Below are positions 1-11,349 of a stretch of DNA of 64,000 nucleotides, in pieces; position 1 is the stretch's first letter, and every line of letters begins with the position of its first letter. The position numbers and the translations under genes were made by a program. Under the pieces are notes generated by a model. The model did not search any database and was not told the DNA's origin. It saw nothing but the letters and a program-made list of their open reading frames with translations. The stretch comes from Cyanophora paradoxa CCMP329 (taxonomy: Eukaryota; Plantae; Glaucophyta): assembly GCA_004431415.1 (NCBI GenBank), contig QPMI01000206.1, positions 62,001-126,000 on the forward strand, in the 5' to 3' direction.

Positions 1-1593
1 CTGATCCTCCTCCGAAACCTCGCCGCCGAGGCGCCCGAGTCGCCCCCAATCGCCGCAGCCCTCCTCGAGCCCCGCGGCTGCCTCGTACCCCTCCTCATCT
101 TCGCCAACAAGGCCGCCCTCCGCCTCTCCGGTACCCCCTTCCCCTTCCCCTTCCACCATTCTGTAACCCTGTACCCCCGCAGGAGACGATGCCGCGCTCG
201 CGGAGTCCGAGTGCCTCGTGCGCCCTGCAAACTAGAGAAAGTGGCCCCGCACGGATTCGAACCCGCGTCTCGCAGGAGTGCGCGGGGCTGTTTGCGAACC
301 TCGCGGCCGTCGGCCCCGACGCCAGCGCCCGCCTCCTCTCCGAGGCACGCCTGCACCCCGGAACTTTACCCCTTACCCCCAAGCTAATCCGCACCCTCGC
401 AGGCGTCGCTGGTGCGGGCGGCGGGGCAGTGGCTGGGGGCGGGGCAGCACCCGGCCGTGCAGCACGGCGCCGTCCAGCTCTGCTTCAACATCGCCTCCTA
501 CGCCAGGGTCCCCCGGCCTCGACCTTGCTCCCGGCCTCTTAGCGTTCTGACGGCCCGGCAGGAGCTGGGGCCGAGGATGCTGAAGCAGCGGTCCCTGATG
601 GCCGGCCTGGCCGACATCTTGAGGAACGGGTACGCCGTTTATTTAAACGATACCGGGGGGTACGCCCCGACCGGACGCCGCCCAGGGGGGCCGCGAGGGA
701 CACGGAGGACGACGTGATTCGGATATTCGGTACCCTGTACTTCGCGGCGGCGGGGGACCGGCCGCCCCTCTGCGCCCCGCGGGAGCGCGCCCGGGACGCT
801 CCCGAGGTCCGAAGGGGGTACCCCCTCCCTCCGATCCGTCTTGACGCTGTACCCCCCAGCTGCGCCAGGCGCCGGCGGCTGCGGAGGACGGGGCGGGGCC
901 CTCCGCCCCGAAGGAGTCACCTGAGGTGGGGGCAGTGCCCCTCGTCCCCCCCACCCCCCCTCGAGCCGCACTGAGAGCTTAAGGCGGGGCAGGAGGGCGG
1001 GGCGGAGCAGAAGGGCGAAGGGGCGGCGGATGCGAATTCGATGGCTGCGTCGGGGGCGCGGGAGGCGGCGCTGGCGGCGCTCTTCGGGGCGGGGGCGCTG
1101 CCGGGCCTCGCCCGCGTGCGCGCCTCCCGCGGGCCCCCGCCCTGCCCCCCAAGGGAGGCCCGCCGCCCCCGCGGGCCCCGCCCCGCCCGCCCGGGCGGCG
1201 GCGGCGCCGCCGCCGCGGGGCGCGACCGCGCGGCCGCCGAGACCGCCATGGCCGCGGTTCGTGTACCCCTCCCCGCTTCTTCCCCCCACCCGAACACGGG
1301 TACAGGTGGTGGAGGAGCTGGCGACGGCGCTGGCGGAGCACGCGGAGCGCTCCAAGGCCGCCGAGGTGCGCGGGCCGGGGGTGCGGGGGGGCAGCCAAAG
1401 GGCGCGGCGAGGCCTCTGACGCGGCGTTGCCTGCTGGGACGCAGCGGGCGCGGCGGCGGAGCGCGGCGGGGCAGGCGCCGTTCGTGGCGGCGCTGGCAGT
1501 GGCGGCGGTTGCTCTCTACCTCGCCCTCGCCCGCGCCCCCTGGCTCTACTGAGCAGCGCCGGCCCCGCGCTTAAACAAGTCGGTTTTGGCTAA
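1..1593 (+). CDS. 3' part of a multi-exon hypothetical alpha-helical (possibly ARM/HEAT-repeat) protein; 5' end lies outside the window and the stop is approximate
   Basis: Exon peptides LILLRNLAAE, ECAGLFANLAAVGPDASARLLSE, QHGAVQLCFNIASYAR, ELGPRMLKQRSLMAGLADILRNG and VVEELATALAEHAERSKAAE are separated by short ...cag-ended introns. The repeated L-x-N-L-A pattern resembles ARM repeats. Confidence 0.4.
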
Positions 1594-1942
1594 ATTAAAT
1601 TTATTAAACCTGCACACAACTCGGGAGGGTCCGAGCTGTACCGGTACCCCTTCGACAATTCCGGACGTGTACCCCACAGAGCGCCTCGCAGGCCCTCGCT
1701 CCCAGCAACCGGCCCGGCCCTCGGAAGCCTCCCGTCCTCGAGCTCTGTAACGCTCTTAAGCTTCTAGCGCCCGTATTGCCAAGGCGGAGCGCGATCTGCA
1801 GTCCCTGCGGCGGAAGAAAGCAGCGTGCGGTGCGGAGAGCAGGCTCCAGCGCGTGGGCCGCTGCAGCTGCGCATGCGGGATTGAGGCGCGCGCGCGACAA
1901 GGAGGTCTGCAGGCGCCGGCGGCCAGTCGCACAGTCGCGTCG

Positions 1943-3282
1943 ATGGGGGCCTCGGAGAGCGTCGGTCGCTCCTCGACGTCGCTGACTGACCAGGGATCTG
2001 CGGATCTCGTCGTCGAGGACGCGCACCCGGTCTTTCGGGGGAAGGCGGACGTCGTCGCGTGCCTTAAGCGCATGCTCGACGCTGCCGAACAGGAGCAGGT
2101 CAGGCTTCTGAATGAGAGCGGGCTTGAGATCGACGCCCTGCAGAGCTCGAGCGCGTGCGTCGACACCCCCTGCAAGGCAGAGCTGGTCTCGAGGCCGCTC
2201 GTCGATCAGCCAGCTCTCCACCGTTCGTACATTTGCAATCCGTTCCCTTCCGATATCGAGCCCGTGCGCAGACAGCGCGACGCTCTTTCCTGTCCCGCTT
2301 CACGCCGCTGCCGCTGCGATAGCGCCTTTAGAAGGCAGCAGACAGGCCGAGCTTGACCCGTGAGCGCCGTGGTTCCTTTGAACGCGGCCTCTGCAGCTGA
2401 GATCGCCGCTCATGTCTCTCACAGGGCCGGTCAGCACTACGCGAGGCTTGAGCTGCTCCGAGAGGGCCTCGAGCTGCACCTTTTCGTGCGCTGAAGCTCT
2501 TCTTCGCCCATAAGCTCGGGTCGAGCTGACTTGTAATTGCATGTTGACATCAGGACTCGAGGGAGAGAGCGCTTCGGTTTCGGCTGCGGGACGACCCGGA
2601 TTCCGTTCGGTTCGACTACCAGGCTTCCGGGTGCGCGTTCGCGCTCTGATCCAAGCGCGCCAAATTGAGGCCCGCGCCGCCCGCCTGCAGGGAGCACGTG
2701 TGGCCCCTGACGGACTTCTTGGGGCGCTGCGTCTCCAAGACGGAGCTGCTGACGGATTACCACGTTCTCGCGAACAACTGCCAGGTCAGGCGCCGCGTGA
2801 GATCAAATCGAGAGCTCGGGCCGCCGCCGACCGCGGGGCGGGGCGCGGGCGGCAGCACTACTCGCGGAACCTGGTGCTTGACAACAGCCACCACCTGCTG
2901 CAGGCGCTCTCGCTCGCCGGGGTCGGCGTCGGGGCCATCGCCGGCTCCCTGCCCCTCCTCGGCATCTCCCTCGCCGCCTGGGCCGCCCCCGAGACGTGCG
3001 CGCGCGCACGCCTGCTTCAACCGCGCGAGTTCGAATCCGCGGCCCCGCGCGTCCCGCCCCTTTCGCGCGCGCCGCCGCAGGCTGCGGCGGATGGGCATCG
3101 GGGCGGGCGGCGGGCAGCAGCAGCCGGCGCCAGCGGCGGCGGGGGCGGGGCGGCCGGTGTGGAGGCGGCGCTGCACGTGGAGCGGGAGGCGGAGGCGGGG
3201 CACGAGGCCGCCGACCTCGTCCAGCCCGCCCCGCCCGCCGCCCCGACGCCGGCGCCGGCCCGCCCGGGCCGCGCCCGCTTGA
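1943..3282 (+). CDS. Multi-exon protein with an N-myristoylation-type start and a permuted papain-like (PPPDE/LRAT-type NlpC/P60) catalytic motif
   Basis: ATG at 1943 gives MGASES (MGxxxS). Removing intron 2785-2855 (GT..AG) gives TDYHVLANNCQ|HYSRNLV, matching the Y-x-L-x-x-N-C-x-H-(F/Y) signature. A hydrophobic segment follows (LSLAGVGVGAIAGSLPLLGISLAAWA). The end is approximate. Confidence 0.55.
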
Positions 3283-3995
3283 CTGCCGGCGTCGGAATCG
3301 CGTCGCGCGAGCGTGAGCGTGTGTCTCCGTCCCCGGCCCTGCACCTCCGTGTGGACCCTCCAGAGCCTGGCCCCGTTCCTGCATGGCTTTCCCCGCCCTC
3401 CCTCGAGCTCCCTCGAGCTCCCCGGCCCTTTCACCCCGGTCTGCCGGCCTCCTTCCAGTCGGGGCCCCGGGCCCCGCCCCCCGGCCCGCCCCGCGGCCGG
3501 CCCCCGCGCCAGCCCCGCGCTCCCGTCCCCCGCGCGCCTCCTTCCAGTCGGGGCCCGAGAGGATAGATGTCGAATACGTGCGATGTATGCGTACGGTGGC
3601 CCAGCTGCAGGCCGGCGCCTTAGGCCAGGCCCTGAGGATTATGGCCATATGGGTGGCCCATGGCCAGGCGCGGCCTAGGATGGGGGTGGGGGGGGGGGTA
3701 CGTGCTCCGAGTGCTGGCTTGCATCCATGCAGCGGAATCGCGTGAAGGCGGAGGTTCATGCGTTGGCCCCATGCATGGAACGGATAACATCTTATCTTAA
3801 GCGAACGCGACGCCGATTAGCGGCTTCGAATTCACGCTTGCTAGCGCTAGCGCTGGCGCTAGCGCACTAGCTGTGGCAGCGGCAGTTGGTTCATCGCTCA
3901 GCGGCTGCCGTCTTCGTCGGCATCGCTGCGGCGTCGCTGCAACTAAACGAAAGCATTTCGCGGACGGGAATCAAGATCTAAATCTGCGGCTTGCT

Positions 3996-6900
3996 ATGGC
4001 GAGGCGGAGCTGGAGCGCCGCCGCGTTCCTTCTTCTCCTCGTTCTGGCGGCATGCATACTTGAAGGGTCGGCCGAAGTGCGTGCCTTGAGCTTTTGTCGC
4101 TTGAAGCTGGCAATGGATCCGGACGTCGACCCTTGATCATGAGGTTAGCGTGTTTTATCTTAACGGGGCGCCGGCGCTCCCCCGGCCCGCGCGCGCAGAT
4201 TCCGCCCGGCGCGCTCGGCCGCAGCTGCCGGGCGGCGTCGAAGAAGAAGGACTGCGGCACCGAGCAGCTCGCTTGCATTTCTGACCTGTGCAGGTACCTG
4301 CATGCGCAGCTGCTTCTAGACCACATTCTGGCTGCTGACTTTCCGCCCGTGCAGCCACTGCCGGGCGGACGCGGACTGCGGGGCGGCGCACCAGATCTGC
4401 ACGGTGGACGCCGCCAGCGGTCTCGGCACGTGCGGGCAGAAGCCCCTCATCCACCCCTTCAGCCGCGGGACGGACATCGCCGCCGGCTTCGTCACGTGCG
4501 CGCGCCGGCGCCCGCTGCCGCTCTTCCAGGGCCCTCTCCTTAGACAGGGCGTCGCGCGCAGGTCGATCGCGGCGCTGGGGGCGGCGGCGGGGGGGATCGG
4601 CGGGGGCGTCCTCTTCATGCCCCTCATGGTCCTCTGCGGCTACGACACCCACTTCGCCACGTACACAGCCGACGTCCGCCCCCGCCCGCGCCCTCGCCTC
4701 CGCCCCGTGATCAGCCGCCTCGGCTCACGCGCGCGCGCGCGCGCAGGCGATGATCGTGGGGGGCATGCTGAGCCAGCTCGTCCTCAACGGGCGCTCCCGC
4801 CACCCCAAGCGCAACCGGCCCCTCATGTCCGCCTTCGCGCCCCCCCCCCCCCCCCCCTCCCCCGCCCGCCCCGGTCTCTCCCTCGGCCGTTGACGTACCC
4901 CCGCCCGCTGTACATTCACGCAGCGAGTACTCAGTCGGTGCGTCTCTAGCTGCCCTCCCCCCTCCCCCCTCCCCCCTCCCTCCCCTCCCCCCCCCCCCCC
5001 TCTTCACACACACACACACGCCCCCTTCCCTTTCGCCCCTCTCACTCGCGCTCCGGCCCCCAGCGTTCGGCTTGCTCCCCCTCATCATCGGGGGGTGCGC
5101 CCCTGGGGCAGGGGCCCACCCCCGCCGCGCCCTCCGCTCCGGCCCTCACCCCGCGCGATCCGCAGCACGATCCCCGGCGTCTTCCTCAACCAGCTCTTCC
5201 AGGCGCGCCCGAGCCCCCCGGCCTGCACCCGCGGCCGCCCCCGCGCGCCCGCCCGGCGTGACGTCGCGTCAGGACTGGCTCATCCTGCTGATCCTCGCGA
5301 CCGTGCTCACGTGGGTCATCAAGAAGTCGGCCGTGAAGGCGCGCCAGGTGTACCAGAAGGAGAAGAAGGAGCGCGCCGCCGCCAAGAAGGTCGCAAAGGC
5401 ACGCGCGCGCGCCCTCTCCTCGGCCCCTCGAGCTCGAGCTTCCAGCTCGCGCACCGTACCCCTCCGTCGGCGCCTGAGCCGCGCCCCCGCCTCAGGAGCT
5501 GGAGGCCAAGGGCGGCGAGGCGTTCTCGGGGGTCGCGGTGGCCCAGGGCGCGAAGGTGGCGCCGGCCGCGGCGCCGGCGGAGAGCGGGGCGGCGGCGGCG
5601 GCGGCCAAGGGGGAGCCGCGGGGGGCGGATGGGGGCGCGATAAGCCCGGAGAAGGGCCTCGTCGCGATCGGTGCGTACTTGTTGCGGAGGCGTACCCCGT
5701 TTCTCTGTGCGGAGGCGGCCGCTGAGCGGGGACGGGGGCGGGGCCAGACGTGGAGGATCGAGAGGACGAGGGCTGGCGCAGGCGGGCCCTCGACGCGGTG
5801 CGCATGCGCGCGCCGCCCGGCCCGGCCCCCGCCCTCCGCTCCGCCGGCGAGCGCCGCGGCAGATCCTGGCGGCGGAGGCGAGGACGCCGTTCGCGCGCTG
5901 GGCCGTCTTCACCGTCTGGTTCGCCGCCACCATGTTCGTCATCTACATCCCGGGCAAGGGCTCCGGTGCCCGCGCGCGCGCCTCACCCGGAGGACGTCGC
6001 CTTGTCCAGGATATCTAGACTTGACGAGGCGGCGCAGTGAAGACGTTCGCGAACCTGCGGCGGTGCTCGTCGGAGTACTGGGGCACCGTCTTCGCCCCCG
6101 CGCCCCTCGTCCTCGCCGCCGCCGCCCTCGTCTACTGGGACCTCTGGCGCACCGCCAAGGCCCGCCCCGCCCGCCCCGCCCCGCCCCGCCCCGCCCCGGC
6201 CGGCGGGCGCCTCTCCTGCTTACACGTACCCCTCCGCAGGCGAAGGCGGCGGCGGGGTACGAGTACAAGGAGGGGGACGTGAAGTGGAGCGCGGGCCTCA
6301 TCGCCAAGGTGCGCACACTCCGCGTCCCGGCCCTCCCCCCCCCTTGTGACCGCGTACCCCCCTGCAGATGGCGCCGTTCTGCTTCGTGCTGGGCATCTTC
6401 GTGGGGATCCTTGGCATCGGCGGCGGCGTCATGATGGCGCGCCCGCCCGCGCCCGGCCGCCCCTCTCGGCCCGCGCCCTCGTGCCCTTCGCCTGATCGAG
6501 GGGCGGCGCCGGCAGACGCCGCTGCTGCTGGAGCTGGGGGTGCACCCTCAGGCCCAGGCCGCCACCTCCTCCTTCATGATCGTCCGCCCCGCCCCGCCCC
6601 CCCTCCCCCGCCTCGCCTCGGGGGCCGACTCAGAGGCTCGGGGGCAGCTGTACATCGCGTCGAGCGCGGGGGTGCAGTTCCTCGTGGCGGGCCTCCTGCC
6701 CCTCGACTACGCCGCCCTCTACTTCCTCCTCGGCCTCGCCTCCTTCACCGCCGGCCTCACCGTGCCCCGGGCCCCGCCTGCAGCTGCGGGCTCGCGCCCG
6801 CTCAGAGCGGGTCGCGCAGATCGTGAACAAGGCGGTGGCGCGCTACCGCATGTTCTCCATCATCGTCATCGTCCTCTGCGCCGTCCTCGTCCTCGCCTTC

Positions 6901-7155
6901 TCCCTCTCCCTCTCCATCGTCCGCCCCGCCCCGCGCGCCCCGGCGCGCCCCGCCCCGCGCCTCGCGCTGAGGGCGGGGGCGGCCGCAGGGCATCAAGTTC
7001 CTCGTGGAGGCGCTCCGCTCGGGCGCCAGCGTCGGCTTCAACGACGTGTGCGCCCGCCGCGCCCCGCGCCCCGCGTCCCTCCCCGCACCCTCTGCCCGCA
7101 GACTCCAATGCCAACCCGTGCCGGCGCCGGCGCCCCGTGCAGATGCCGCTCGTGA
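3996..7155 (+). CDS. Sulfite exporter TauE/SafE (DUF81/TSUP) family membrane protein with signal peptide and Cys-rich N-terminal region; 3' end approximate
   Basis: MARRSWSAAAFLLLLVLAACILEGSAE signal-like start. Two GIGGG repeats: AAAGGIGGGVLFMPLM and GIFVGILGIGGGVMM|TPLLLELGVHPQAQAATSSFMI. Many hydrophobic exons. Confidence 0.85.
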
Positions 7156-8109
7156 CGCTGGCCTGCCGCGAGCTTGGGGCCGGATTTCGGCGACGGTCCG
7201 CGTCGCGGGGGCTGCCTTCGGCCAAGCCCCCCCTCCCCCCCCCTCCCCCCCTCCCCCCCTTCCCCCCCCCTCCCCCCCTCCCCCCTTCCCCCCCCTCCCC
7301 CCCCGCCCGCCCCGTCACGGGTCCTCCGGATCCCCCCTCCCCTACCTCTAGATCTCGCTCTCTCTCCTGCCTCTCGATCTCTCCTGGTGTAATTACGTAT
7401 ACATGGATGCAACGTACGCGTGTCCGAAGGTCCGTTCACAATTGCAAGCTAGGAGGAGCGAGGAGGCCCCGAGGGGCAAACTCAACACAGCACGCTGACG
7501 AGGGAAAAGGGCCGGCCAGGGGCGATCGCGCGCATGCGAGCCCGTATACGTACGCTTGGTTAGGAAGATCTAGAGGATCCGGAGGCGTCGGCCCCAGGCT
7601 CGGCGGCGAGGGCGGCCTCGTGTTCATCCGCCTCCAGCGCCAGTACTAGTGCCTCGCGATCGCGCGCCTCCGAGGGCTCCGCCGCCGCCAGCACCTGCGC
7701 CCCGCCCGGCGGCCACCGTCAGAGCTCGAGGCCGGACCGGACCGGAGTGACCGCTCACCGAGCATGCGGAGCCCGGGGCTCGCCTTGGCCTCGTCGTCCA
7801 CGGCCCCCGCCTCGTCGTCGTCCACAGAAGCGACTGCGGGATATCGATTGCAGTGTCATCAACAGCCAGATGCATCTGCTGCCGCAGTGCAGCTGGCCAT
7901 GGTACCCGTTATGGCTTTAATTCAATGATTACTGCGATTGCAATGTTTAATTGTTTCCTGCTGTTTCCGCTACGTTGTACTTCGAATCCTCGTGATTCCC
8001 GATACCGTGACTTGTATCCTCGTTGTGTACTACGAGTGGGCACGCCCACCGTAGATCTTAAAAAAAAATGTTTAATTGTTTACGAGGTGAGGAAATTAAA
8101 TTATTTTTT

Positions 8110-8171
8110 TGGAAAAGTGAATTTCCTGCGAAAAGTGAAAAGTCTCTGGAAAAGTGAATTTCCTGCGAAAA
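8110..8171. repeat. 25-bp direct repeat, two copies with a 37-bp period
   Basis: tggaaaagtgaatttcctgcgaaaa at 8110-8134 and 8147-8171, in AT-rich intergenic DNA. Confidence 0.9.
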
Positions 8172-8902
8172 AGAACGTCAGCAGAGCGCCGCGGCACTTG
8201 TTCAAGAAGCGAGGAACAAGTCCTGTAGCCTGGCCGTAGGACTCCCGCGGGCCGGGAGTCCGGATCCGTAACACGAATTTCACCATTTCCGATCCGGATT
8301 CGTAAATTAAAGATCCATAGTTAGCACAATGAAGAATGCCGCGCAGAACTACGCCGTCACGTGTCAGAACGGCCGCGGAATTCGAAGTGTACGTATACCT
8401 TCAAAAAGGCTTCATGATCATGATCACGATCATCTAGAACTTCAAACGAAATATTATCTAACTTAGTAAACGGCGCAAAGGCTGGATCCCGGGTCCGAAC
8501 AGCACGAACAGTCTCAAAAAGCTTTAGTTTGAGCCAGTGAGGCTTCCGAAGTTCCAGATCCGGATCGCGATCGGAATTCGAAGCGCCTCAAGCTTCAATT
8601 CTTGTGCGACGTAGAGCTCGTCGTTCGAATTCGCGCTCGGTCGTGCCGGTCGTGCCGCTCAGCGGCTGTCGGTCGTGCCGCTCAGCGGCTGTCAAGCTGC
8701 GCGGGGCATACGGACGCCGCCCGCGGGACTCAAGGCCCCCGCGACGGATCCCCCTAGGCCTTCCCCCCCCCCTCCTCCCCCCCCCCCCCCCTCCCGGTCC
8801 GATTCTCGGATCCGGACCCTTTAAGATGGCATTCGAGCGCCAAGATTCGTTACGATTCGAAAGAAGAAGATCCCGAGCGCTACACGCGCACCCGGCGCCG
8901 GC

Positions 8903-10510
8903 CTACGCGTCGGCGCAGGCCTCGCAGAGGGCGCCCTCCTCGGCCGCCGCCTCGAGCTCCGCCAGCACCGCCTCCTCCTCCGCCTCGTAGCCCTCCTCCG
9001 CCACCTGGGAGCGAAGTCAAGGGCCGGGGAGGGGTACGCGAATCTCGAAGCCACGCGCGCGCGCCTCGGCGATCGAGTCGTCGAGGCGGGAGAAGCTGAT
9101 CTGCTTGCCGTCCTTCATGGCGGCCGAGACGGTGATCGAGCTGCGCCCTTCTTCGTCGGCGGGGGACCGGGGCACGGCATTGCAGAGGGGGGTACGGGGT
9201 TGGGCAAGCACCCGTCGACGGCGGAGCAGACGCGGGTGAGCACGCCGTCCTTCTCGACGACCTCGAGGATCGAGTCGCCGCCATTGTACTTGTCGCAGAT
9301 CTGCCCGGCGCCCCGGCCCCGGCCCCCGCGGGGAGCGAGTCAGATCTAGATTGCCCCGGGCCGATTTCGAATTCCGGGTGCGGGGGTTGCGGGGAGCGGG
9401 GCGGGATCCGGACCTTGGGGAGCTCGTTGTCGGTGGTGACCGAGTTCTTGATCGAGGCGAGGAGCATGCCGTCGCACTCCTCGCCGCTGCGCGGCCCCGC
9501 CGCCCGTCCTCAGCGGGGCGGGGAGCGCGCCGGGCGGGGCCCGGCCGGCCGGGCCCGGCGCACCGGTAGCAGTACGCGTCGCCGACGACGTCGCCCTCCT
9601 CCGCGGGGGCCTGGCGCGGGGCCCGGGCCTCAGGGCGGGCGGGGCTGCAGGCCTAGGAGACACCCGGCGGGACCGTGCGGGGGTGGCCCCTTGACCCCAG
9701 GGGAGGCGCATCGGATTCGAACCTGCGAGACCTCGGTGCGGGGCCAGTCGATCTGACGGGCGGGGCACGGTCAGCGGCCGCGGCGGGGCGGGGAGAGGGC
9801 GCGTCGGGCGGCCACGGGGGCCGACCTTAATGCTGTTGCACTTGTACGAGTTGCCGTCCTTCACGGCGAACGACTTGCCATCTGCGATGAGGCTAGGCGT
9901 CAGAAGCCGCCGGGACGAAACGGACGAGCATCGGATCGAATCGGAAGCGAGGCGGCGGCGGGCGGACCGAGCTCGTAGGCGGTCTCTGCAAACTCGGCGT
10001 AGTTGTCCTTGGAGAGGACCGAGGGCGAGGCCGCGAAGCCGTCCCCGCTGCAGTTCTTGCCTGCGCCGAGGTAGCGCCGGGGTTGTAAGAGGCTCGGCGC
10101 GCCGCGTGGTGCGAGGGGGGGGGGGGGGGGGGGGGGGTCGGCGCCGGGCCCCCGCCGCCCCGCGAAGCCAAAACTTGAAAGCTAGCCGCGTACACGCAGC
10201 GGCGCTCGTTCAACCGCGCCTGCCTAACCACGACGCGCGCTGCCTCGGTGATAGATGCCCGTGCCAGCCTAACCGCGCCGCGGCGCGCGCCGGCGCCCTA
10301 CGTATACCGCCTAGAATTGCGGCTGGGCGCCGCGGCGTGCACGTAGGCGATGCGATCGGGCCCGGGCCTCGAAGTACGCACCGTTAAAAACGATGGCATT
10401 GGCGCCGCCGGTGAACGAGGGGAGAGAGTTTCCCTAGACCGGGGAACGCTCTCAGCAACCGGGCTCGAGCTCAGCAAGCGCGCAAGAGGCGTTCGAAGCA
10501 CCTGGCCCAT
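8903..10510 (-). CDS. Hypothetical multi-exon Cys-containing protein with an acidic C-terminus; start uncertain
   Basis: Spliced peptides GKNCSGDGFAASPSVLSKDNYAEFAETAYEL|DGKSFAVKDGNSYKCNSIK|IDWPRTEVSQ ... GECDGMLLASIKNSVTTDNELPK|ICDKYNGGDSILEVVEKDG ... VAEEGYEAEEEAVLAELEAAAEEGALCEACADA*, with GC3-biased codons and TAG at 8903-8905. Confidence 0.55.
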
Positions 10511-11349
10511 CTTTTCGAAACTTCCTAGGTGCGACGAGGTGATGAGAGAGCTGCTGGGACCTGGGCGGTCTGCGAACTCCGAGGTCGACCGATGAGGCTG
10601 CTGTGGGCCTGTGGCGCTCCATGCTCGAACTCCTTAGGGCTCCGAGCCGGTTTTTTCGCCTTCAACAATTTCTTGTACCCGCCTAGAGCTCCATAGGGGT
10701 CTTAGAGCTCGTCTCCAGAGGGGTCCGAGGAGACGTCGACGCCTGCAGGTGCTCGGTACTTTTAGATCGCCCACCTAGAGGCTAGATCGAGCTTAACAGC
10801 TTTGAATTCGAATTTGAATTCGGTTGCAAACTTGCAATTGCCAGTGATTTGTGCGAGCTAGCGCTGCATGCGCAGCTAGCGCTGCGCTGCAGCAGTTTCG
10901 TAGGCGGTTAAATATAAGCGCTGCTTTGTTGCTGGCCGGGTCGGCCAGCAACGTCGACGTACGGCGACCCTGACCCAGCAAGGCCAGCGACGTACGCGTC
11001 GACGTCGCCTCTGATCATGAAAATTAAAGCTGCCCTTTGCGCTAGCCTCAGTAGTAGCCTGTAGCTAGGCCAGCGACGTCGACGTCGCCTCTGAAAAGCT
11101 TGGAAGTTGAGTGCCGGCGCCGCTGCACGGTCGCAGGCCAGTGCACGCGTAACTTGCGGCGCCGCGGCGTAAGAGAATGAACGTTAACTCTTCATAGGGC
11201 ATTGCGGTAACAGCTCTACAATTGCGCATGCAATCTACACCACATCCCGAAAGCGAATAGCTATCAATTTTACGAAAGGTATCGAGGTATCGAGGAATCG
11301 CAACGATGCAGGACTCTAGTTGTTAAAGAAGCGGACGGGCGCCCTCGGC

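Noticed and set aside
240-275. B-box/T-loop-like GGTTCGAATCC on the minus strand (also about 9712-9727)
   Set aside because: No cloverleaf, A-box or acceptor stem. The second copy coincides with a CAG|GT intron donor. Not called as a tRNA or SINE.
8110-8171. Direct repeats considered as a CRISPR array (also the degenerate repeats at 8639-8692 and 10942-11094)
   Set aside because: Only 2-3 copies, spacers too short or irregular, no cas genes, and the context is eukaryotic.
7853-8286. 128-aa and 61-aa ORFs in the AT-rich block
   Set aside because: Codon usage is unlike the real genes, they overlap a direct repeat, and they show no recognisable motif.
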